Assembly: GCA_047285305.1 (NCBI GenBank)
Contig: JBJBDL010000003.1
Span: 2,016,001 to 2,080,000 of the forward strand
Source: Synechococcus sp.
GTDB taxonomy: Bacteria > Cyanobacteriota > Cyanobacteriia > PCC-6307 > Cyanobiaceae
Length of the DNA: 64,000 nt
Reading direction: 5' to 3'
In this document: one piece after another, positions 19,663-27,493 of the stretch
How the letters are laid out: every line of letters starts with the position of its first letter
Position numbering within the stretch: the first letter of the stretch is position 1
Program-made: the position numbers and the translations under genes
The notes under the pieces: generated by a model
Seen by the model: only the letters and a program-made list of their open reading frames with translations
The model's database searches: none
Told to the model about the DNA's origin: nothing

Positions 19663-19758
19663 ATGACTCGCAGGCGGATGCTACGGCACAACGCCATTGA
19701 GGATTGGGAGACGATGCGGAAGACGGGCTGAAGACGCTGCCCCCCGCCTGTGCGCTGA
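19663..19758 (+). pseudogene. DUF1651-family C-terminal fragment
   Basis: RRRMLRHNAIEDWETMRKTG*RRCPPPVR*; TGA at a position expected to be Trp; N-terminus missing. Confidence 0.6.
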
Positions 19759-19885
19759 TCAGTCGCTATTTGGCTTTGACGGTCATCGACGCAACAGGCA
19801 TTATTACCGGCGCTAATCAGCAGGATTCACGCCATTCCCAGCCACCGCACTCCCTATCAATGCAGTGATTCTGCAGAGGTATGGA

Positions 19886-21070
19886 TTAGGCCAGGGTCAA
19901 ACCACCCACTCCGGCGCAGAACAGCACCACACGCCACGCCGGTTGCCGCCAACTCACTAACAGCACAAACGCCACCAACGCCAGGCTGAACTCAGCGCCA
20001 CCGCGGATGCCTGTCTGCCAGACGGGCTGGAACAACGCCGCCAGCAGGATGCCTACCACAGATGCGTTGATGCCCAGCAGGGCTCGACGCATCGGAGCCA
20101 AACGGCCCAAATCACTCCAGAAAGGCAACAGCCCACCGACCAACAAGAACGAGGGGAAAAAGAGGGCAATGAGCGCGAACACAGAACCGGCGATGCCCTG
20201 AAGTCCAGGCTGCAGATCAAAGCCAAGAAAGGCCGCGAAACTGAACATCGGACCTGGCACAGCCTGGGCTGCGCCATACCCCGTGAGGAACTGCTGCAGG
20301 TCGATCCAACCGTTGGGTACCAAGGCTTGTTCCAGCAAGGGGAGCACCACATGACCACCACCGAACACCAAGGCACCGGTGCGCAGGAAACCACTGAGCT
20401 GCTGCAACAGCAGCGGTCTGGCCTCAGCAGACAGCCAGGGCATAGCCACGAACAGCAGCACAGCGAAACCAAGCAAAACCACCGACACCGAACGCCGCAG
20501 CGGAACTACGAGACGTTCCGGTGCCGATTGCTCCAGCGCAGGTGGGGTCAGCGCACACCAACCCACCAATCCGCCAAGCGACAGGGCCAACAGCTGGGCC
20601 CAGACGCGAGGAACCAACAGCACCAGCACAGCAGCCGCCACCATCAAGCTGGCCCGATGCCGGTCGGGAGCCAGCTTTCGCTGCAGGCCCAGAGCGGCCT
20701 GGGCCACCACGGCCACAGCCGCCACCATCAAGCCATGCACCCAGCCCCCGTCGATCCAACTGGGATGGGCTGAGAGCAGCGACGCCGCCAGCAGCATCAA
20801 CACAGCCGAAGGCAAGGTGAACCCTGCCCAGGCGGCCAACCCGCCGAGCCACCCGGCCCGAATCAGTCCCAGACCCATGCCTACCTGGGAACTCGAGGGT
20901 CCAGGCAACAACTGGCAGAGCCCAACGAGATCGGCGTAGGCATCAGCGGTGATCCAACGCTCCCGCTGCACAAAACGCTCATGGAAATAACCGAGATGCG
21001 CCACGGGGCCACCGAAGGAGGTCAGCCCCAACACGAAGAACTGAGCGAAAACCTGCAGCGGAGCGGGCAT
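19886..21070 (-). CDS. chrA: Chromate efflux transporter (long CHR family)
   Basis: SFGGPVAHLGYF, CQLLPGPSSSQ, VFGGGHVVLPLL, AQAVPGPMF motifs. Confidence 0.93.
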   Translation of the reverse strand: MPAPLQVFAQFFVLGLTSFGGPVAHLGYFHERFVQRERWITADAYADLVGLCQLLPGPSSSQVGMGLGLIRAGWLGGLAAWAGFTLPSAVLMLLAASLLSAHPSWIDGGWVHGLMVAAVAVVAQAALGLQRKLAPDRHRASLMVAAAVLVLLVPRVWAQLLALSLGGLVGWCALTPPALEQSAPERLVVPLRRSVSVVLLGFAVLLFVAMPWLSAEARPLLLQQLSGFLRTGALVFGGGHVVLPLLEQALVPNGWIDLQQFLTGYGAAQAVPGPMFSFAAFLGFDLQPGLQGIAGSVFALIALFFPSFLLVGGLLPFWSDLGRLAPMRRALLGINASVVGILLAALFQPVWQTGIRGGAEFSLALVAFVLLVSWRQPAWRVVLFCAGVGGLTLA

Positions 21071-21252
21071 CACGCTGCTCCTCTCAAGCAGGGAACAGGC
21101 GTCGGTTCCGATTGGCAATCGCCACCAGCGACAGCATCACCGGAACCTCCACCAGCACTCCAACAACCGTGGCCAAGGCAGCCCCGGAGTGTTCCGCTTC
21201 TGAATCTTTCTGGAATCTCTTCCTAGAGGGCATGGTCAGGGAGCTTCGATAG

Positions 21253-21450
21253 TCAGGCGAGTTGGATTAACCCAGTTTTTACTGGGTTGATGCCATCAAC
21301 TAGCACTTGAGTTGCTCGAACTGCTTCGAGATGCTGCTGTGTGTTGACGATCGAGTGACGCACCCTTTTTTGGGTTCGGAGTACGTGTTGGAGCACATTC
21401 AAGGACTGTTGCTCCGAAAATTCCATTCGTTTGGCTTTAGAGCGGCGCAA
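21253..21450 (-). CDS. Small hypothetical protein next to the distal att site
   Basis: About 56-65 aa helical ORF; weak support. Confidence 0.35.
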   Translation of the reverse strand: MRRSKAKRMEFSEQQSLNVLQHVLRTQKRVRHSIVNTQQHLEAVRATQVLVDGINPVKTGLIQLA

Positions 21451-21459
21451 CTATCTATA

Positions 21460-21482
21460 GTTCGAATCCATCAGGGGGCGTC
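21460..21482 (+). repeat. Duplicated tRNA-Arg 3' end (att site)
   Basis: Identical to 15323-15345. Confidence 0.92.
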
Positions 21483-21575
21483 TACGACTAAGCCACTCCA
21501 ACGAAAACGTCTTGGAATGGTTTAAGGGTGATTGAGCCCCCCGGAGTGTTGAGGGGCATCGCTCCTATCAGACGC

Positions 21576-21848
21576 TCAGCTGTAGGCCTTGGCAATCAGG
21601 GGACCAGCTTGCTCATCTGACAGCACCGGGGTGACCTCCCAGTCGAGGCACTCGGCCCACTCCGCGGCGTGCTCGTAACAGGCATCGGCGTTGTCTGCCT
21701 CCACAAGAATCCAGCCTTCAACAGAGCCCGGTGCGTGCCAACGCTTCCAGGACTTGCACTCAGGGAAAGGCGCACCCGTTGCCAGAAACTTCTTGGCAGC
21801 GATTTCGTGGTAGCCGGTCTTGAAAGACCAATGCATCAAAAAGGTCAT
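21576..21848 (-). CDS. DUF3303 family protein
   Basis: MTFLMHW...RWHAPGSVEGWILVEAD...W...EVTPV pattern. Confidence 0.8.
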   Translation of the reverse strand: MTFLMHWSFKTGYHEIAAKKFLATGAPFPECKSWKRWHAPGSVEGWILVEADNADACYEHAAEWAECLDWEVTPVLSDEQAGPLIAKAYS

Positions 21849-21988
21849 GGAAGGTGTTAACTCCAACACACATTCCCACAGGCCGGACATCCTGACTGTG
21901 AGGGAGAACACGCAGGGATGGAACGCTGCAGGCCCTTGCCTCAATCGTTATAGGTAGTCGTCTTGCATCCAGCATCAAGGACGTTTAT

Positions 21989-22159
21989 ATGGAGCTCATG
22001 CAGCTAGTTGGCGGAATGCCGGAGCTTCTCAAGCGTCAGATTGACCGCCTGGAAACCGCCATTGACCTTTCGACGGACTGGCTTGAAATTCAATATCTGA
22101 TGGTTGAGCTCGATCAGCTCAAGGCTCTGTATGAGGAGGCAGAATCAGAGGCTGCTTAA
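21989..22159 (+). CDS. Small acidic helical-hairpin protein
   Basis: Hand-translated (MELMQLVGG)MPELLKRQIDRLETAIDLSTDWLEIQYLMVELDQLKALYEEAESEAA; alternative start 22016. Confidence 0.6.
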   Translation: MELMQLVGGMPELLKRQIDRLETAIDLSTDWLEIQYLMVELDQLKALYEEAESEAA

Positions 22160-22279
22160 GCGAGTTTTGACCTCAGCCTCAGAGCACAACCCCATCGAGG
22201 TCAGCAACACGTCAGGACAGCTTGTTCGGCGTTATTAATCCAACCCTGCCAGCGTGGGTAATAACTGACTTTCCATGGA

Positions 22280-22483
22280 ATGAATAACGAGCAGCAGGTG
22301 GAACTGGAACGCCTCAAGCGTGTGCTTGCGGTGGCCAAGCGGAACGGGAACGAGCTGTTCATTCAAAACATCGAACGGGAGATCAGCGCCGTTCAGCGGG
22401 GTAAACACTCCCCCCTCATCGAGGAATACCTCACAGAGGAAGAACGGGCATCAAGGGGCGTCGACAACCAGACCGAGGTCTGA
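22280..22483 (+). CDS. Small hypothetical protein
   Basis: 67 aa helical ORF with host-like codon usage. Confidence 0.65.
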   Translation: MNNEQQVELERLKRVLAVAKRNGNELFIQNIEREISAVQRGKHSPLIEEYLTEEERASRGVDNQTEV

Positions 22484-22485
22484 TC

Positions 22486-22970
22486 AGATCGCATGCTCCC
22501 GGGTCCACGCAAGATCCAGGCCAGGCTTCCGGCGACGAACATGCACGCCATCCCAACAATCGATCGTTCAGGCCCTCAAGGCAATGCGCCTTAATGCTGA
22601 TGACTTTGTGCTCTGAAGGCACAAAACTATGGTCATCGAGATCGGAGGAATCCATGACGGACGACACTCCACCCCAGCAGACCGTAGAAGCAGACTGACT
22701 TTCTGGCCCCTGCTCCAACAGTCTCAACAATGACCTGGGTTGGTCCTTTGGTGGGCATGCAATGGTCCGCCACGCCAATCGACGCTCCACTTGCACCGTT
22801 TCAGGTGCCCTCGGAGAAAACGACCCAACACCTCGAGCCCATGGCCCCAGGGCGCCTCGAGCCAGAAGCTTCGACCCTTTCTTTCCCTAGCTGAAGTGAT
22901 GGGTTGAACGATGCACAAACGAGCGAGTTAGGCCGTCTTTCCACCGGGAAGGGCGGCCTTCCTCTTTGGC
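22486..22970 (+). ncRNA. Candidate large structured RNA, copy B
   Basis: Paralog of 17226-17748; ends in AGGCCGTCTTTCC-ACC-GGGAAGGGCGGCCT-TCCTCTTT. Confidence 0.6.
22654..22698 (+). CDS. Candidate 14-aa peptide MTDDTPPQQTVEAD inside RNA copy B
   Basis: GGAGGA SD 4 nt before the ATG; 9 of 14 residues identical to the copy A peptide. Confidence 0.4.
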   Translation: MTDDTPPQQTVEAD

Positions 22971-23053
22971 TGATCACCCATGAAACAACACCAGCCGGAT
23001 CTCATCTCGGGCTCACGTTTAAACAGTTAAGGGAAGAGCCATGCAGGCAAGCA

Positions 23054-23371
23054 TCAAGCATCTGCATCCTCCACATCGGCACCGGAACCAACACCTTCAG
23101 ACACAGGATCCTGCCCAGGCCGCCAACCACTCTCCCAGATTCCACGCGTCTTGAGGTTCAACTCGTCGCGCGAAAGTCCCCATAGCGTGAGACATTTCTG
23201 CAGATCATCACGAATATCTTCAGCGCCAGGAAAATCTGCATATCGTGAAAATAACGCGGCAATCGTTGTCAACTGCTGGGGGCCTGGTTCGCCTTCATGA
23301 CCCAACACAGCATCGATCTGGTCGCGATCGATGGCGTAAAGCGGATGGGTTTGCTGCATGTCGTCGGTCAT
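23054..23371 (-). CDS. DUF3288 family protein
   Basis: QTHPLYAIDR...RYADFPGAEDIRDDL...WGLSRDELN pattern. Confidence 0.8.
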   Translation of the reverse strand: MTDDMQQTHPLYAIDRDQIDAVLGHEGEPGPQQLTTIAALFSRYADFPGAEDIRDDLQKCLTLWGLSRDELNLKTRGIWESGWRPGQDPVSEGVGSGADVEDADA

Positions 23372-23410
23372 CCACCGATCATGCCTGAACAGGGCGACCA
23401 GAGCAGCAGA

Positions 23411-23602
23411 TCAGTCGAGCTCCCAGCACTCAGACCCACGACTGGTGAGCAGGCAGACAACGTGCTTTTCCTCGCTGATCAGGCGATAAGTGTGCCCATC
23501 AGCATCACTACGGGCACGGGCATGCCAGAAGGCATTGTCTTTGGAAGCGTGTTCGGCACGATTGGACCAGCCCTCAACTGTCAGCTCTTGAACCGCAAAC
23601 AT
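23411..23602 (-). CDS. Small conserved hypothetical protein
   Basis: 63 aa with host-like codon usage. Confidence 0.65.
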   Translation of the reverse strand: MFAVQELTVEGWSNRAEHASKDNAFWHARARSDADGHTYRLISEEKHVVCLLTSRGSECWELD

Positions 23603-23697
23603 GCGCTTGACTCGAACTGAACAAAGGCTCGAGGGACATGCGCGTTCTGTGCAGGATCAACAGAAACTCGTTGGGATCGCTTGATCAGCTGTTGTAA

Positions 23698-23982
23698 TCA
23701 GCGCAAAGCCGAGATTTTATCGACACTTGAACCAACTTCCTCAATAGAAAGACGCTCAGCTGTGGCGTCATTTTGAAGACGAAAGAGAAAGCCATTCACC
23801 CAAGCTGTCTCTTTATTGTTTACCTCATGGCCACGGTCGACGAATCCGGGCTGCTGCTGGAACAGATGCAGAAGAATGGTCAGAACGTCCTGCGGCGAAA
23901 GATTTTCAGGGTCAATGGATGGCATTTGATCCCTTACATCCAGATACGACATCGATCCGGTGGTCGCAACATCAAAGGCCAC
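23698..23982 (-). CDS. Conserved hypothetical protein
   Basis: 94 aa (PGFVDRGHEVNNKETAWVNG); start uncertain. Confidence 0.65.
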   Translation of the reverse strand: MAFDVATTGSMSYLDVRDQMPSIDPENLSPQDVLTILLHLFQQQPGFVDRGHEVNNKETAWVNGFLFRLQNDATAERLSIEEVGSSVDKISALR

Positions 23983-24012
23983 TGTCGACTAGCACACAGG
24001 ATCAGTCCATCC

Positions 24013-24041
24013 AAACAAAAAGCCCCACCGAAGTGGGGCTT
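24013..24041 (-). terminator. Terminator of the DUF4278 gene
   Basis: AAAAAGCCCCAC-CGAA-GTGGGGCTT; UUCG loop on the minus strand. Confidence 0.8.
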
Positions 24042-24062
24042 CATACCTTGAATGCAACAGGG

Positions 24063-24269
24063 TCAGAGCCAATTGGCACGCATTGCCTCGTAGGTCACTC
24101 CTCGGTATTTCAACTGAGTTGGAGCAATCTTCTCTTTCGCCAGTTTGACGGGAGAGAGATGTGCAGAGGTGTAGTCGCCGGATTCAGATCCGCGAGCCAC
24201 GACCTTCTTGGAGCTGTTGCGGAGCTGCACGCGCAGCTCACGCTCCTTCAGAAGCTGAAGAGCATTCAT
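24063..24269 (-). CDS. DUF4278-type small protein
   Basis: MNALQLLKE...LKYRGVTY; GAGGA RBS; lies behind the riboswitch. Confidence 0.8.
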   Translation of the reverse strand: MNALQLLKERELRVQLRNSSKKVVARGSESGDYTSAHLSPVKLAKEKIAPTQLKYRGVTYEAMRANWL

Positions 24270-24286
24270 GGTGTTCCTCGTAGAAA

Positions 24287-24347
24287 GCTCAGGCCCCGTT
24301 CCATGCCCTGAGTCGAACTGCGCTTCGCTGTGTAGCGAAGTGAACGT
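24287..24347 (-). promoter_or_regulatory. Glutamine-II (Downstream-peptide) riboswitch
   Basis: Minus strand ACGTTCACTTCGCT..AGCGAAGCGCAGTTCGACTCAGGGCATGGAACGGGGCCTGAG. Confidence 0.88.
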
Positions 24348-24349
24348 TT

Positions 24350-24363
24350 GTAGCAGTTACTAC
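24350..24363. promoter_or_regulatory. NtcA binding site
   Basis: GTA-GCAGTTAC-TAC; on the minus strand it lies between a TATCTT -10-like hexamer and the aptamer. Confidence 0.78.
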
Positions 24364-24423
24364 AAGATAAATATAGGGCGCCCAAGCCCTTTGCGATGTT
24401 CATTCCGCTACAGCCAGAGGCAA

Positions 24424-24912
24424 TTAAATCAAGTTCAACCGCAAAAGCTGCGCCAGTGCGAGCGAATTGTGGTCGTCTTCGTTGGTCGTTCTCAATTCAA
24501 GGTTGAAAAAGAGCGCTGATTGCTCCTGAACAAAAGGGCCTGCATGCCACGTTCCCGGATTTATCTTGAAGGCTTCACCGGCTTGAAACTTGATCAGAGC
24601 GATCGAGGATGCGGGGGGCGGACAGCCGGAATCCGTGGAAGGGGCCATGGCCAGCCACCAGGGCTGTGCATCGGCAGACCCCAGACACTGACTCACGCGA
24701 TGGTGCCGTGTCATCGACTTGAGCACAGGAGGCCGGCGGCGGATCCGCATCACGTAAAAGCGCGGTTGACCATCTGCAGCGAAGTACAGATCTGCGTCCG
24801 CTGAACCGAACAATGCAGGATCGCTCTGCGGACGCAACAAGGTGCCACAGCGCTCCAACCAGGGCGAGTCCGATGCAATCGGCATCAGGATCTGGGCTTC
24901 CTCATGATCCAT
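24424..24912 (-). CDS. Ureidoglycolate lyase/hydrolase-like cupin
   Basis: MTRHHRVSQCLGS, PGTWHAGP, FFNLEL..TNEDDH motifs; start placed at MDHEE. Confidence 0.72.
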   Translation of the reverse strand: MDHEEAQILMPIASDSPWLERCGTLLRPQSDPALFGSADADLYFAADGQPRFYVMRIRRRPPVLKSMTRHHRVSQCLGSADAQPWWLAMAPSTDSGCPPPASSIALIKFQAGEAFKINPGTWHAGPFVQEQSALFFNLELRTTNEDDHNSLALAQLLRLNLI

Positions 24913-25019
24913 CCCGTCAGGATATGAAAACCAGGCCATGCACCCGTGCAACAAATGGTGCCTTGGGCCACTGACGCCAAGGTCGGAACTCCCTATCACC
25001 TCAAAAAGGTGAACCGAGC

Positions 25020-25316
25020 ATGCTGACCACATCGACACGCTTGAAACTGCAAAACATCTGCAGCCGCCTGGCTCAGGGTGAGTTCGTGTCACTCCAAGAA
25101 CGCGTCTATCTTCAAAAATTTGCCGAACGCGATCGCAGCGTGAGCACGTGGGTGAGCAGAGCGCAACGTTTTCAACGGGAAGGCACACAACAAGGCCTCG
25201 ACGGCTTGATGGCCGATCTCGACTTGGGGCAACGTCATCCAGACGACCCTGAGCATCCAGAAGACGATCTCGGCGACTGGTTCAGCAATGCCTCGCCTTG
25301 GCTGCGTCGCGACTGA
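25020..25316 (+). CDS. Conserved hypothetical protein
   Basis: MLTTSTRLKLQ...WFSNASPWLRRD; resembles a picocyanobacterial family (recalled). Confidence 0.7.
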   Translation: MLTTSTRLKLQNICSRLAQGEFVSLQERVYLQKFAERDRSVSTWVSRAQRFQREGTQQGLDGLMADLDLGQRHPDDPEHPEDDLGDWFSNASPWLRRD

Positions 25317-25322
25317 CGGGCC

Positions 25323-25616
25323 TTAGCTGGGATCGTCGAGGGGGCCTAAATGGTTGACGGCAACCGCTTGCAACGTCTTCAACGATTCCAGAACAGCCAG
25401 TCGTTGCTGAGCCTGAGCAAGCATCGGCTTGCCATGGGGGACGCAGGATTCGATCAGAGATGCCGCCTCAGAGGCTTCAGCCTTCACCCAGCTCGTGCAT
25501 CGTTCAAGGCGGGTGGTCAGATCACCATCTCGCAATGCGCCCGAGTAGTTCGGCCCCGCGAAAACCTCGAGAAGTGTCGCCAGTGCGTCCCTGGCCTGCT
25601 CCCGGTTCACCGTCAT
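25323..25616 (-). CDS. Conserved hypothetical protein
   Basis: 97 aa starting MTVNREQARDAL; helical. Confidence 0.7.
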   Translation of the reverse strand: MTVNREQARDALATLLEVFAGPNYSGALRDGDLTTRLERCTSWVKAEASEAASLIESCVPHGKPMLAQAQQRLAVLESLKTLQAVAVNHLGPLDDPS

Positions 25617-25622
25617 AGGGCT

Positions 25623-25791
25623 TGTGGAATACGGGTCCACACTGGCAGCCCAGGCACAAAAAAGCCGCCACAAATGGGCGGCCGGGTGATGGGGATATCC
25701 ACAGCTTACCCGAACGATCCAGTGATTGCAGGCCTTTTGAAGAAACGGCGACAACACGAACCGCCAAAGTTTTCCACCTTCCTGTGGATAA
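25623..25791. promoter_or_regulatory. Cluster of DnaA-box-like 9-mers
   Basis: TGTGGAATA 25623, ATATCCACA 25695, TTTTCCACC 25770, perfect TGTGGATAA 25783, all intergenic. Confidence 0.5.
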
Positions 25792-25913
25792 GCTGCCGCC
25801 AAGCGGAGTTTTGTGAAATTCAATCCACCACATCTGGTGGATCAGCTGCACAAACTTGACGAGAAGCACTACACTTATTGAAAAGCCGGGTGATGGGGAT
25901 TACTTGGCTTATT

Positions 25914-25937
25914 CCTCCGTTCAACGGAGGTTTTTTT
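25914..25937 (+). terminator. Orphan intrinsic terminator
   Basis: CCTCCGT-TCA-ACGGAGG followed by T7, with no plus-strand CDS directly upstream. Confidence 0.7.
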
Positions 25938-26174
25938 ATGCCTTCTTCCATGACAAGGCAGTCCTGTCTGCAGAGCTCACATAGCCAAGGGGCACGTCCA
26001 TGCAGAAGAGGTAAGCCACATCTGCACAACTTTGTTCACGCATCTGACTCATCTCGGTGAACTGGAGACTGCTTCAAGGTCTGACCCAAGCCCGTGCAAT
26101 CAAAAAACAACCTCTGTCAGACAAGAGTCAGACCCACGCCATAGGCTCCGTGCAACAACACAAGATCTCACCAG

Positions 26175-26453
26175 ATGCGTGGCCTGAACGGATTGCTGCT
26201 GCTAACGATTGCTCTGAGCGTGCTCCCGTCTTCAGCAAACGCTCTTGAGCTGGGTCCTTGTGAACCAGCTCAAGCGGTGAAGATCATCGACACCAGCCTG
26301 GGACAAGGAAAAACGCTTCAGCAAGCCATGCAGATGATGATCAAATCGAAAGTGTTCGACGGATCCAAAGCGTGCATCACCTTCATCCGCGAGACCTCGA
26401 TGAGCATGCGAGATTCATACCCAAGAGCCTTTAAATCGCTTTGGTTGAATTAG
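26175..26453 (+). CDS. Small exported protein
   Basis: Signal peptide ending in ANA; two Cys. Confidence 0.7.
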   Translation: MRGLNGLLLLTIALSVLPSSANALELGPCEPAQAVKIIDTSLGQGKTLQQAMQMMIKSKVFDGSKACITFIRETSMSMRDSYPRAFKSLWLN

Positions 26454-26556
26454 GTATCCGTCGGATCCTGATGATGTCGGTTTGGCGGAGAACCGGGCCT
26501 TAAGCCAACGGCGCACGAGCAAACCCGACATCATCGGGCCAGGATCTCGGCGCATC

Positions 26557-27351
26557 ATGCAAACCCCACGACGGATCAACGATCCCGCCAATAGCCTCGC
26601 GGTGGTGGTTGCCGTCGTTCTCAGCGCGCTGCTGTTGTTGGGGCAGGCTCTGTTCATCGTTCCAGCCGGCAAAGTTGCGGTAGTCACAACCTTGGGCAAG
26701 GTGAGCGGAGGGTCGAGACTCCCCGGCCTCAATCTCAAGGTGCCGTTCATTCAATCGGTGTATCCCTTTGATGTGCGCACCCAGGTCAAACCGGAGGAAT
26801 TTGCAACCCTCACCAAAGACCTCCAGGTGATCGAAGCCACCGCAACCGTGAAATACGCCGTTCGCCCCAACGAAGCCGGGCGGATCTACAGAACGATCGC
26901 CGGCAACGACCGCGAGATCTATCCCCGCATCATTCAGCCGTCGTTGCTGAAAGCCCTGAAGTCGGTCTTCTCCCAGTACGAGCTCGTCACCATTGCCACC
27001 GAATGGAACGACATCTCCGCCCTGGTGGAGCGCACGGTCGCCGAAGAACTCGACAAATTTGATTACGTGGAAGTACGGGGTCTCGACCTCACAGGCCTGC
27101 AGATCGCCGAGGAATATCGCGCTGCCATTGAACAGAAACAGATCGCAGAGCAGCAACTGCTACGCGCTCAGACCGAAGTAAAAATCGCTGAGCAGGAAGC
27201 CCTGCGCTACGACACCCTCAACCGCAGCCTTGACGATCAGGTGCTCTACAAGCTTTTCCTCGACAAATGGGATGGGCAAACGGAGGTAGTGCCAGCCCTT
27301 CCGGGCAGCAACGCCAGCACACCTCCAGTAATTGTGGGGCGACGCAGCTGA
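26557..27351 (+). CDS. Prohibitin/SPFH (band 7) family protein
   Basis: N-terminal TM, PGLNLKVPFIQ, TKDLQ, AIEQKQIAEQ, KWDG. Confidence 0.9.
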   Translation: MQTPRRINDPANSLAVVVAVVLSALLLLGQALFIVPAGKVAVVTTLGKVSGGSRLPGLNLKVPFIQSVYPFDVRTQVKPEEFATLTKDLQVIEATATVKYAVRPNEAGRIYRTIAGNDREIYPRIIQPSLLKALKSVFSQYELVTIATEWNDISALVERTVAEELDKFDYVEVRGLDLTGLQIAEEYRAAIEQKQIAEQQLLRAQTEVKIAEQEALRYDTLNRSLDDQVLYKLFLDKWDGQTEVVPALPGSNASTPPVIVGRRS

Positions 27352-27493
27352 ACGAACGCCAGCCGTGGTTGTTGATCAACAATCGCTTCTCGAAGACAAA
27401 GATCGTCTCGAGGAACTGCACCGCTATTACGTCAAACGATCGGATCGGCTCCTTAGCGTTGATCAGGGATGGAGGAATTAGAGAGGCGATGAC

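Larger units (their letters stand above)
15323..21482. mobile_element. tRNA-Arg-integrated element (tycheposon-like, no integrase), about 6.1 kb
   Basis: Exact 23-bp direct repeat GTTCGAATCCATCAGGGGGCGTC at 15323-15345 and 21460-21482; contains TerS-like and Xis-like ORFs, AT-richer stretches and gene debris. Confidence 0.8.

Noticed and set aside
22629..22733. Alternative ORF MVIEIGGIHDGRHST... within RNA copy B
   Set aside because: The equivalent frame in copy A stops after NST and has no SD, so it is not conserved.
24975..25005. Possible third copy of the repeat (minus frame reads VIGSSDL as in copy A)
   Set aside because: The nucleotide match is short and weak and none of the other conserved blocks is present.
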